From a virus (lineage: Duplodnaviria; Caudoviricetes): a stretch of DNA of 64,000 bases. Under the pieces are notes generated by a model. It was not told where the DNA came from, did no database searches, and was given only the letters and a program-made list of their open reading frames with translations. The stretch spans positions 9,824 through 73,823 of IMG/VR virus record IMGVR_UViG_3300033073_001271. One strand, written 5' to 3'. This document shows positions 50,501 to 58,022 of this stretch, one piece after another. The translations under genes and the position numbers were made by a program. Within the stretch, counting starts at the first letter, position 1; each line of letters opens with the position of its first letter.

Positions 50501-52419
50501 TTAGGATCAAATTCACCTTTGCCCTCTGCAAAGGTTAAAATTTGCTCAAACATATTTCCATAAGAGCCTTCGTTAATAGTATCTAGAAAATTACGTTCAT
50601 TTTGTGCGGTTAATTTTATAGGTGAAATACCAGTAAAATCTTCTGATTTAGCAATTGCCGCTTCTAAACCTCTTGCTAATCCATTCTCAATTGCATCTCT
50701 AAACTTGCCATATGTTTTGGTAGAAACACCTTCTTTTTCAATTTTCCATTTTTTATTTTTTACTTTTTCAAAAAGAGGTTGATTATTTTTTTCAAGATAT
50801 TTTTTTGTTTCATTACTTATTTGGTGTGTACCGCCACTATCCCTTACACCCGGTTCTAAAATAGCTGCGCCAATTTCATTTTGATCTTCAATTTTTCCAC
50901 CTGCGGCATATTTATTAACTCTAGCTAAATTACCAATTCCTAATTTTTTAACAGAGCTTTTCTTAATAACAAATTCACCGGGAGTAAGCATAGCTGGTAC
51001 AGTATCACTATTCCCACTTCCGGGAACTAATCCACCTGTAGCAAATCCAATTCTTCCACCTTGAGCCTTTTTACCAATGCCAAGAGATTTAATTCCCGGC
51101 AACAGACTTTGGCCTATTTTTAAAGCTCCAAAACTTGCAATAAGTGGTAGTAATGGCTTTAATGTTGTGCCAACTTGAATGAAGGCGTTAGCCATTTGTA
51201 GTAATTTAGATACTGTATCTTGGAATGCTGACGACTGCGTTAACTCTTTAACAAATCTTAAGAATTCTTCGCGGGTTTTTTGAATTTGTACGGCGAGGGA
51301 TTGCTGTGCGGTGGCAGCATCTCTTGCAAGTGAACCACTAGAGTTTTGAGCTACGCCAAGGGCTTTTTGTGCAACTGCAAATTGTTGAATAAGAGGAATA
51401 ACTTTAGAAACCTGACGGAATCCACCAAGTTGTTCAACAATTAAATTAAATCTAAAATCTTTAGGATCAATAGTTGAGAGAGCTATGCTCAATCTCTTTG
51501 CTGCTTCCATTGGGCCAACGAATTGACCTTTAATGTCTTGCAACTCAATACCAAGATCTCTAAGATTATTCATTGTATCAACACGCTGAACGCGCGTAAA
51601 GATAGTTCTGAAACCTGTTGCGATACTTTCGGCTGATTCACGGGTTGTTGATCTAACGCTTGTGAATAACGCAATAAGCTCGTTTAAACTACCACCAGCA
51701 CTTTCAAATGCGGAACCTGTAGTTTTAACGGCTGTAATTAAGTCCGATGATTCAACAGCAAAGTCTTTAGAAACCTGATTAATTGCAGATAAAGATTTCT
51801 CTAAGAATGCTACTTCACTCCCAGTTCTTTGGGCCTCACGACCAAACTGGTTTAAAATAGCAATAGCGCCTTCTGTAGTGTCTTCGATTGATTTGAATGT
51901 GGCGGCTAAGTCTGTTTGGGCTAATACTTTTAACGATCCAGTTACTTTGTCGGCTGCGAAACCAGCTTGTGTTAAGTTTCTAGCAGCAACGATTAATTCT
52001 TTAGAAGATGCCCCTAGGCCAGTTGCTATATTACCAATTTCAACTTCTAGACCTCTTAGCTGCCCTACTGTTTTTCCTGTGGCTTGAGCGATCTTTACCA
52101 TTTCTCTTTCAAATTCTATAGCATCGCTAACAGCGTGCTTAATCGCTCTTGTTAAACCAACAAAAGTTCCCGTAGCAAGAGTTATAGCTGAAAAGCGTTT
52201 TGCCGCCTGAGCTATATTATTGCCAAGAGAACTTACAGATTTACTGGCTCCATCAGCAGCTTTACCAATACCTCTGATCTGAGATTCAGCGGTAGCTAAA
52301 TCCTTGATCTTAATATTGAGGTTCATACCTTGAAACTGCTGTTTTAAATTGTTTACAACTTGAGATAGGTTTTTAGTTTGTAAGTTTAATTCGGCAGTTA
52401 TAGCGAACTTTGAAGCCAT
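44518..52419 (-). CDS. Tape measure protein
   Basis: 2633 aa, Ala/Lys-rich helical. TP901-like N-terminal domain (AIEFEREMVKIAQATG...LAQTDLAAT...VSKDFAVESSDL), glycine-zipper segment. Follows the tail tube and chaperone region. Confidence 0.93.
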   Translation of the reverse strand: MASKFAITAELNLQTKNLSQVVNNLKQQFQGMNLNIKIKDLATAESQIRGIGKAADGASKSVSSLGNNIAQAAKRFSAITLATGTFVGLTRAIKHAVSDAIEFEREMVKIAQATGKTVGQLRGLEVEIGNIATGLGASSKELIVAARNLTQAGFAADKVTGSLKVLAQTDLAATFKSIEDTTEGAIAILNQFGREAQRTGSEVAFLEKSLSAINQVSKDFAVESSDLITAVKTTGSAFESAGGSLNELIALFTSVRSTTRESAESIATGFRTIFTRVQRVDTMNNLRDLGIELQDIKGQFVGPMEAAKRLSIALSTIDPKDFRFNLIVEQLGGFRQVSKVIPLIQQFAVAQKALGVAQNSSGSLARDAATAQQSLAVQIQKTREEFLRFVKELTQSSAFQDTVSKLLQMANAFIQVGTTLKPLLPLIASFGALKIGQSLLPGIKSLGIGKKAQGGRIGFATGGLVPGSGNSDTVPAMLTPGEFVIKKSSVKKLGIGNLARVNKYAAGGKIEDQNEIGAAILEPGVRDSGGTHQISNETKKYLEKNNQPLFEKVKNKKWKIEKEGVSTKTYGKFRDAIENGLARGLEAAIAKSEDFTGISPIKLTAQNERNFLDTINEGSYGNMFEQILTFAEGKGEFDPKSDPKRPFDFTKGLPTLLSGDFPNLKMPFVDAKASRAAAAAVGDKIDRELLYDPMSYKGGRYQEEAYQSALGKEFKAGEKAKQQAVEKSTREQSADFRQKMIKALGDKTGKPVIAGLSLNNPGDATRLVNGITGSSDFGVAKFNLDRSQQAKVLKTIKQWKTNPPQTLAFASGGSVGTDTVPAMLTPGEYVINKKSAQAIGYASLNRMNKVGKFANGGFVQHFANGGTPTGQFSAFAKHAPKDPNFVSSSSLAQSAQSLKAPLASATEAAAKFKAELDAIVEKGNTLNTGLVTLGAAVVGVASQMSQFDKEFADMATAFSGTFATINGIGQNLKNMGFAQIAAMKSEREHRAAVEADRKALEQHTGTVSNESDKGDNEPSKFGKRLSLASKAAEGSIMGYALAQAVFAAKIAKTNAQAEKAGENLSRAMEKFATSANNEVEVRNGMIQTLLLSEKAQADYNASSSTQATVGGAAGGGIGAIIGGALGSLAGPAGTAIGIQLGSSIGSFAGTFFGTQLAKVFDESKIQAAAQGISGAFTTASKGIVDANKYFEKIDNKDLNDVNQQFSKMTTELAKAQGELSSFDPNILKTGSETMKAQFNKAADAVRNFENVVTRLSGIKLQKLTTVMSDMAKLGQNFDIGPAIKAQQEEIAKIVNAKYNPDIARATKAGNNKLAQGLTTQRDQEIAQGTREFEKSLLEAKLQIMETEKTLLKERAAREAIIGTLIEEQALKTTLQNFKFSIQQATKTSGELDAAFSDSVAGLKSSIPDASVFDLDMPDAADLQPALDALKTIGPIGENLATNLLDLNKVIPNLEVGLQSIAKAQATGGGKEIDKLIADTVEQGFGVSLGSAVGKRLSEIIKDKITGKGGNVENANPSILSQNTRDSITKEFTDYAEAIKKMSKETLQAWSEAEQEQLKILDKINQSENRKLDLTNQGVDSYGRMVEAISKAYSKNVPLAVKNMQRFAKQFNSIGKTAYTSVQSIGKNLRDAKGQLAGGVKDPLEAGKIQNTANRLEQSLKTLANQSERTGDTLAELEKFKAQREAYTGAATGYAFGSDEQRKSKDDAAIALQEVMAAGGDLDAISSDMRGQVDSLLSELGDAGKNIKKQLTANFFAKRGNMDMANMVMAETSTPEQKLIAELQNIYQEEIAAQKELKDLEIMYGEGQIKALNQVTDKIKGFNDQLRGNVQRGQDKSKAMQKAAGVTSSKLTTKEIDDIISSTKTSLEAVNKNIELFGEYISKLNNYLSFIKDPEAFKKTGAAVPVNPGAPPAAKRAKGGIIYRADGGFTPQGTDTVPAMLTPGEYVIRKSAVDSIGTDTLDAINNGYATGGLVSYLRRGGRAINYGRSANAKRQKAIANADRRKAQKAADIAEFSAPIPARSGPYYTLPGGGYGLGQMPQQPTGGIANGLLNIGVDIAKSQKPVVNKENQRQIDIDANLKRASAAAAVKEIEAGPEGANAPDFNDSWSASLGKWFNRNIYDRNMMTGSIGGTIANRFGYDAGPSLQFRSGTAKDIHRQNVLDKYDLQERNLPEKYRQKEKGPDFSDSIAKKGFFGTIFATEERKATSSEIANNRKKKEEQAKKLASTSNRQISDLSKEEAAKILGRMTGMATGGLVEYHARGGRAGARARAAQRRAANPMSDFARIENTRMDLGGNPLNRDAINSPQNFAQARNARTRQSAMRGTPGALSEMADMGQTIAITTDAEKIRAKYKADAANITDPDEYRKKIAEGNIAARAATAASNKKYDSMRAANAKADSMLKSPGKGYTWNPSSRTWTAPEKNAQQLLAKYPTREQLAAKKKAEEDSLFSRKPSANDASRYTNRKYQQSNAPLTAVEKIMQQAKPGWRSASFSSGGAVHLARGGRVGHHSSGGKIRRYQEGGSVDPYAEGGNNGQAPQMPDMTSFAKSIESLNAFVGSFNGFTATMSALAGQLSSVTVTHNVTFGGQVNVGGVSGEGIVNAMKSTIEGWIRDQVSKHPDVQKAVKASDQTRGG
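46582..46620 (-). repeat. DTVPAMLTPGE(Y/F)V cassette, copy 3, in TMP
   Basis: Encodes DTVPAMLTPGEYV. Confidence 0.9.
49930..49968 (-). repeat. DTVPAMLTPGE(Y/F)V cassette, copy 2, in TMP
   Basis: Encodes DTVPAMLTPGEYV and shares ccgggagtaagcatagc with copy 1. Confidence 0.9.
50968..51006 (-). repeat. DTVPAMLTPGE(Y/F)V cassette, copy 1, in TMP
   Basis: Encodes DTVPAMLTPGEFV. Confidence 0.9.
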
Positions 52420-52435
52420 TTATATTTTCCTCTAT

Positions 52436-52489
52436 AAAAAAAATAACATGCTGGATAAGCACTCTTTATGGGGATACTGTCCAGCATGT
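52436..52489 (-). terminator. Terminator-like hairpin in the TMP leader
   Basis: Perfect 11-bp inverted repeat AACATGCTGGA...TCCAGCATGTT (52445-55 and 52479-89), followed on the minus strand by A and eight T. Confidence 0.7.
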
Positions 52490-52504
52490 TCGCTACTTTC
52501 CATC

Positions 52505-52521
52505 CTATATTATATTACACA
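52505..52521 (-). promoter_or_regulatory. Candidate late promoter motif, copy 2 (upstream of TMP)
   Basis: Minus strand TGTGTAATATAATATAG, just after a stop codon. Confidence 0.6.
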
Positions 52522-52522
52522 A

Positions 52523-53380
52523 TTATTCAGATGAGTCAGCTTTCTTTTTCTTTGATTTTTTAGCTTCTTCTGGGGGTTTATCGATACTATCTATCGGATT
52601 TCCATCGTCATCCAGAAATGGAAGTTTATCAACGTCTAATCGTTGTCCATCACGATTAACTTTATAACTATTTCCATCTGAGTCATATGCAATAAAATTA
52701 CCCTGTTCATCTATTAGTCTTTCAACGTCATCAGTATCAATAGAAATTAAATGCCCTTCTTTATTTACAAAGCGACCCTGACTATCTGTAAAATTATATT
52801 TAGTAAGGAATTGGTTCTCTGGCAAATTCTTTTCATAGTTAGAATCTAGACTATATAAGATATTAGCAAGTTCACTTGCAGCTTTAACAGCCCAAGGCTC
52901 AGCGCCGCGCTCGTTATAGTCTTCTAAATCCTTGAATACTGGCTTTTTAGTTTGTGGATCTAGTGTGCAAACAGAAACTAGATAATCAAATCTTTCATTA
53001 TCTGCAACTCCTTCGGCTGTAGTGTTGTCATACGAAGTTCTTTCTGCAATAAGATCTCTAAATTCAATACGAAGTCTTTTAAGTTCAAGAGCAATAGCTT
53101 TAGCTTTCTTAAGTGGAATACCACCCTTTTCAAGAACTAATTCTCTATCGCCAATTTTCTTAACAAAATCTTTGTATTGATTTTCCTTTTCTTCGCTCCA
53201 AATTCCTTGCTCAGTTAAAAAATCATTTAACTTTGCTCGAATGATAGCCTTATCTTCTAGGGCTTTTCTCCAAGCCTTATTATAAACAACCTGAGAATTA
53301 TTTATATCCTTGCGGCTGGGCGCTTTGACAAGCACTGTTACATCGCCTTCAACCACAGTCTTCATTCCTTCTTCAGCCAT
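52523..53380 (-). CDS. Putative tail assembly chaperone
   Basis: Located between tail tube and TMP. N-terminal VLVKAPSRKDI.....Y pattern, helical and charged. Confidence 0.55.
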   Translation of the reverse strand: MAEEGMKTVVEGDVTVLVKAPSRKDINNSQVVYNKAWRKALEDKAIIRAKLNDFLTEQGIWSEEKENQYKDFVKKIGDRELVLEKGGIPLKKAKAIALELKRLRIEFRDLIAERTSYDNTTAEGVADNERFDYLVSVCTLDPQTKKPVFKDLEDYNERGAEPWAVKAASELANILYSLDSNYEKNLPENQFLTKYNFTDSQGRFVNKEGHLISIDTDDVERLIDEQGNFIAYDSDGNSYKVNRDGQRLDVDKLPFLDDDGNPIDSIDKPPEEAKKSKKKKADSSE

Positions 53381-53381
53381 T

Positions 53382-53732
53382 TTACTCTCCTCTATCTTTG
53401 AACGGTAAATTAATAGTATACTTTTTCCATGTAATTTCGTAATTTAAAAACTCATTTTCCAAATTCCTTATTTGTGTATTACCACGATCAAGGATTTCAG
53501 ACCGCATTTCTTCAAAAAATTCCCTAAGTTTTTGCTGTTCCTGTGTAGGATTATCAATATCCCAAAGAAAGCCAAAATACTTTTCCATGCTAGAAAGAGA
53601 TCCAATCATTGTAGTTTGAATCTTTTTTTTAGCAGCGCCTAGCAATCTATCTTTTGATAATTCCTTTTGGCGTTCTTCTCTAATTTGTTTAAACTCAAAA
53701 GATTTTTTTAAATACTTTGAGAATTCATCCAT
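53382..53732 (-). CDS. Hypothetical protein (tail chaperone region)
   Basis: 116-aa helical ORF between tube and TMP. Confidence 0.55.
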   Translation of the reverse strand: MDEFSKYLKKSFEFKQIREERQKELSKDRLLGAAKKKIQTTMIGSLSSMEKYFGFLWDIDNPTQEQQKLREFFEEMRSEILDRGNTQIRNLENEFLNYEITWKKYTINLPFKDRGE

Positions 53733-53733
53733 A

Positions 53734-54780
53734 TTATTGCCCTCTCGCTTTATTCATTACAGATTGATTATTTTGCATCTGTATATCAATTTGCACATCT
53801 GCAAATTCAAGATCCGATGAAATAATATCTCCTTTATTTAATAGCTGTTGCATTCTATTCTTTTTAATTTGCTGTACATGTGGCGAATTATAAGATTCAA
53901 TACGAGCAGCTTCCTGATCCGACCCAGCCATTACAAATACTTCACCAGCATTTGCAATTTTTTCATTATTAGTTAAATTATTAATTTCTTGCTCTTTTTT
54001 ATATTTTTCATTTTTACGTTTTTGGTCTATAAACCAACCATCTAAACAATCGTCATCCTCTATAACTAAATCAATAGGACTTTCTGGATTTTCATATACG
54101 CTATCATACATATTAGAATATGAACATAAAACTATTTGATCTCTAGTTAGCATTGAAGACGGTTTATTAAATAGATTTCCAGTTTTTTTACCTAAAAGCC
54201 ATATAGGTCGCCAAAGCTCAGATCTAGCTATTTGTCTAAATTCAGTTGTAGAAAATGTCTTACTTTCATAATAAGAAGTAACGTCAGTAAGTCTTATTTT
54301 TTTCCAATCGTAAGGAGTTTCGGATGATTGAAAATATGTTGATTTTTCTATAATCCAACTCCATTGAGCTAAGGATGCAATACCCTCACATGTATATTGA
54401 TCTAATTGGGCTTTTTTTCTAGCTATTTTTGATATCTCAACTTCAGTTTTTTGAATAGCGTATTTTATTCCAGCAAGTTCTTTCGGTCTAAAAACTGCTT
54501 TAAATGCATTATACTTTAACTCTTCGAGATCTTTTTTATATTTATCCATGTCAATATCATCAAATGGAGAATATAAATCTTTATCATAAAGAATTTCTAG
54601 TATTTCATCTTTTATATAACATCCTTGTTCATAAGCGTTATCATAGAACTGATCATATATTTCTATTGAATCGTATAATAAACTTGGATCAGGTTCCTTA
54701 ATATATAAAGAAAGACCATCTCTGCGGAAGCTGAGATGGCCCTTCATTATTCTATAAATCGAAAATTCCTTCCTATCCAT
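53734..54780 (-). CDS. Hypothetical protein, possible tail assembly chaperone
   Basis: 348 aa, immediately downstream of the tail tube, with AAGG RBS. Confidence 0.5.
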   Translation of the reverse strand: MDRKEFSIYRIMKGHLSFRRDGLSLYIKEPDPSLLYDSIEIYDQFYDNAYEQGCYIKDEILEILYDKDLYSPFDDIDMDKYKKDLEELKYNAFKAVFRPKELAGIKYAIQKTEVEISKIARKKAQLDQYTCEGIASLAQWSWIIEKSTYFQSSETPYDWKKIRLTDVTSYYESKTFSTTEFRQIARSELWRPIWLLGKKTGNLFNKPSSMLTRDQIVLCSYSNMYDSVYENPESPIDLVIEDDDCLDGWFIDQKRKNEKYKKEQEINNLTNNEKIANAGEVFVMAGSDQEAARIESYNSPHVQQIKKNRMQQLLNKGDIISSDLEFADVQIDIQMQNNQSVMNKARGQ

Positions 54781-54799
54781 CCTTAACCTACTTCGTATC

Positions 54800-55870
54800 T
54801 TAGGACTTTACACCTGTATTAACAATGAAGTAGTTAAAACCTTGGTATGAATAAGTTGTGGTTGCATTGCCCCCACCTGTATCGCCACCAGTGTAGTTTA
54901 CACTTGTTAGCTTATTTCTATTTCCAAGGTCAATCTTCAGTGTTCTTTGACCATTATCAAAGTACAGTTGGATAGGTTGATTAATTAGATTTTTACCATC
55001 GCCACTTGCACTTACTCTGTCTCCACTTAGAGAAACAACTTCGATTTCACATGTGGTGGCAATTGGGAATGTTGCATATTTGGTATATGGACGATATCTA
55101 CCAAGCTCGAAGATGTTTTCACGACCAATATCGGCTGTAACATTAACATTTTGAACTTTTCCATATCCAACAGCAGTTGTTACATCGCTTGGTAAAAATG
55201 TACCACTAAATGTAGAATCGTAAGTTCCACCGCTCGCATTAACGAAGTGTTGTCTGCGGAATACTGTTCCACTAGCACTACCATCATCTTTACCTTGTGG
55301 CCCGTGCAAACCAGTGGCTGCTAAATATGGATAATTAGCATTTCCAGAGGCCCAAGGTCCACCAACATTTTTTAGTTCACCAATAGGAGGAACCCATAGT
55401 TTATCATTTCCTACAAATGTTACTGATTCTGTTGAGTTACCTTCAACTGGGAATGTATACGCAACATTACTTGGTCTCATACCTGAACACCAGATGAAAC
55501 CAACTTGGTTTGTACCACTAGCTGATGTTTCTGTATCTGGATAAATCGCTAGATAAATACTTGCTTTTTGATTACTTGCAGCTACAATGTTCTGTGTACC
55601 ACTTGGACAAGATGTTAAATAAAGTAATGGATTGCCATCAATTACTTTTTCTGCTGTAACTTCAATTTCTGGTACATTTTCGATATTTTCAAAAATTGCC
55701 AATTGACCAAGTTCAAATACTTGTTCTAGATTGAAGTTTGTTGTAATACCAACTGACTGAACACCTTTCATCCAAGTGATAGTTCCAGTGCCTTCTGCAC
55801 GACCATCAGTTGGTGCAGCTTCAATGCCAAGAGCTTGGATTGCGTAAAAAATACGATTATTCTGTGCCAT
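54800..55870 (-). CDS. Major tail tube protein
   Basis: Located after the neck genes and before chaperones and TMP. GVQSVGITTNFNLEQVFELGQ and a related second repeat VQNVNVTADIGRENIFELG. GGAG RBS. Confidence 0.8.
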   Translation of the reverse strand: MAQNNRIFYAIQALGIEAAPTDGRAEGTGTITWMKGVQSVGITTNFNLEQVFELGQLAIFENIENVPEIEVTAEKVIDGNPLLYLTSCPSGTQNIVAASNQKASIYLAIYPDTETSASGTNQVGFIWCSGMRPSNVAYTFPVEGNSTESVTFVGNDKLWVPPIGELKNVGGPWASGNANYPYLAATGLHGPQGKDDGSASGTVFRRQHFVNASGGTYDSTFSGTFLPSDVTTAVGYGKVQNVNVTADIGRENIFELGRYRPYTKYATFPIATTCEIEVVSLSGDRVSASGDGKNLINQPIQLYFDNGQRTLKIDLGNRNKLTSVNYTGGDTGGGNATTTYSYQGFNYFIVNTGVKS

Positions 55871-55914
55871 TTGTTTTTTCTCCGTTCATAGATCTATGTA
55901 AAAAGAGCTTTAAG

Positions 55915-55931
55915 CTAAATTTTAATACACA
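55915..55931 (-). promoter_or_regulatory. Candidate late promoter motif, copy 3 (upstream of tail tube)
   Basis: Minus strand TGTGTATTAAAATTTAG, just after a stop codon. Confidence 0.6.
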
Positions 55932-55935
55932 TTAA

Positions 55936-56904
55936 TTACGTTACTCCTGCTAATCTCACTTCAGTTGAGCATCTAGCAGTTCCGATATAGAATGAGTAAG
56001 ATATTTCTGTAATATCGTTAATTACTGTATTGTGTATTCTACAAGTTTCATAAGGATAGTTATTAAGTAAATATGGATAATTATACTTTTTATCTATTAA
56101 ATTACCAGCTATATCAATTGGATACGCTCCACTTTTTGATACCGTGTTGCTATCAAATAATTGAATAACTCTATCATTTTGATAAGATATAGCATCTAAT
56201 ATATCAGACACTATAGCATCTCTATCGCCAAGCACATAGAAAACAAAGTCACTATATGCCCACTGACCACCGCCTAGTTGATAAGGTTTCATAATTCTTT
56301 TAGGAACAGCTTCAACAAATACTGCTGGAAGTTGAATTCTGGTTTGACCAACTTGAATCCAGTCTCCTGATGATGTGAGAAAATTTGTATCTAATCTAAA
56401 AGAATTTTGTTGTACCTGTCTGAAAAAAGGAACACCCTCTGCTCTATCAACAGATATCCACTTATATGAATAGTTTAAAGATACAGTTGAAGTTGCAGCT
56501 ATAGGATTATCAAACACAACTCTTCCGTTGGGATAGTCTATTCTATAACCTGAACCTACATAGTGGCCTGCGCCTGAGCTATATGTTATAGGTTTAAAAA
56601 CATTGTTTAGATAGATTCCAGAAATTTGAATCGGCTGGGTATTTGTAGATACACCACTTTCCCAAGCCCAATTTTTTCTATATGACTGCCATACTTGATT
56701 TGCTGAGTAGTTGGGGTCTGCTGCTGGTCTTAATATATGCTTATCGCCACCATACATACCAGAGCTTGGAATATTAATATTATTGAATCCGCCTTTATCA
56801 AGAAAGCCCCAATCATAAAATGAAATCATATTGTCTAACAATACATTTCTAAGGGCAAATTCTTGTGTGCTTTTTATTCCAACTAATCCGGGATTGTAGG
56901 TCAT
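55936..56904 (-). CDS. Putative tail terminator/completion protein
   Basis: Directly upstream of the tube. C-terminal QLPAVFVE..P......LGGG....DFVFYV resembles tail terminators. Confidence 0.6.
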   Translation of the reverse strand: MTYNPGLVGIKSTQEFALRNVLLDNMISFYDWGFLDKGGFNNINIPSSGMYGGDKHILRPAADPNYSANQVWQSYRKNWAWESGVSTNTQPIQISGIYLNNVFKPITYSSGAGHYVGSGYRIDYPNGRVVFDNPIAATSTVSLNYSYKWISVDRAEGVPFFRQVQQNSFRLDTNFLTSSGDWIQVGQTRIQLPAVFVEAVPKRIMKPYQLGGGQWAYSDFVFYVLGDRDAIVSDILDAISYQNDRVIQLFDSNTVSKSGAYPIDIAGNLIDKKYNYPYLLNNYPYETCRIHNTVINDITEISYSFYIGTARCSTEVRLAGVT

Positions 56905-57524
56905 ATATTTTGCTCCACTATCTCAGCGATTTCTTTTTCGTGATTGGATAAGGCGCGCGTGATAAAATTATCTTCTTCGGTTCCAGAAAATGATGAATTA
57001 ACTTTAAAGGCGCTTTTGGGAACCATGATTGCTCCACCAGATCTACTTTGAGAATAATTTCCATATTCAACGTGATAATCTTTAATTAAAATTGCATCTC
57101 CGGCAGTAAGCAACCATTTTAACCAAGGTAATGAATTACCAAGCTGTGTCACCGATGTGGCCTGTGGTAAATTTAATAAATTTTGAAAGTCTGTTGGTTG
57201 AATATAGATACTTAATACATTAGTAGTTGAATTTTTATTTAATCTTAAACCTTTAAAGTAAACATCAATTGAATTTGATATTGCATAAATAATTGTTTCT
57301 GTTGGATCGTCTGCAAGGCCAAAATCGAATTTCAATATTCCACCTTTTAAAGATTGTATTTCTGGGCAACTAGATAAAGCCTTGATAGTTAAATTAATAA
57401 CATCGGCCCTAATTCTTGGAACCGCTTTATTAAAAATTTTCTTTAACTCGTCTCTACAAGCGTCTAGAATGTCTTTTTCAATTTTATTATTTGAATCAAG
57501 TATTTTAATTTTACCTTTAAACAT
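56901..57524 (-). CDS. Putative neck/tail completion protein
   Basis: Position among neck genes. ATG at 57524 next to the upstream stop. Confidence 0.5.
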   Translation of the reverse strand: MFKGKIKILDSNNKIEKDILDACRDELKKIFNKAVPRIRADVINLTIKALSSCPEIQSLKGGILKFDFGLADDPTETIIYAISNSIDVYFKGLRLNKNSTTNVLSIYIQPTDFQNLLNLPQATSVTQLGNSLPWLKWLLTAGDAILIKDYHVEYGNYSQSRSGGAIMVPKSAFKVNSSFSGTEEDNFITRALSNHEKEIAEIVEQNI

Positions 57525-58020
57525 TTGTGGCCCACAATGTAACAACGTATTTAATAGGGTTCTGAGCAAATCCTTGGGGAAAATAATCAGTAATTCTAAC
57601 TAGCGTTTGATTTTGATGTGGAGATATACCTTCATAATATTGGGGTATAATATATTTACACCTTTGTATCTTTGAAAGGTCAGTTAATTTACAAACAGTT
57701 TGCGCTTCAGCATTCGGTACATTAATAGGAATACCAACATCCACCCAAAACTTTCGATTGTAATAAATTCTTCCATATATATCTTCCGTAGTTTCTATCA
57801 TTTTATATCCAATACCATTACAATATGGACATGGAAAACCTTCTTCAAATGGATAAGGCCCACCCGTTTTATAAACCCCATTTGATTTATAACCATTGAA
57901 AGTACAATTAGGACATTCTTGACGAACCTCTGGATAAACTAGAGTTATTCTTCTAGCCCAGAGGTTGTCAACAGCGTCATTATACGCATCAAATATGTTA
58001 CTAGGTAACGATAATGCCAT
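57517..58020 (-). CDS. Putative head closure/stopper protein with zinc finger
   Basis: Follows the connector-like gene. CPNC...CPYCNGIG motif. Confidence 0.55.
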   Translation of the reverse strand: MALSLPSNIFDAYNDAVDNLWARRITLVYPEVRQECPNCTFNGYKSNGVYKTGGPYPFEEGFPCPYCNGIGYKMIETTEDIYGRIYYNRKFWVDVGIPINVPNAEAQTVCKLTDLSKIQRCKYIIPQYYEGISPHQNQTLVRITDYFPQGFAQNPIKYVVTLWATNV

Positions 58021-58022
58021 TT

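Noticed and set aside
52523-52570. Frameshift fusing the chaperone to the TMP at A-rich codons
   Set aside because: The A runs encode a Lys-rich tail. The downstream leader holds a promoter-like motif, a terminator hairpin and a separate RBS.
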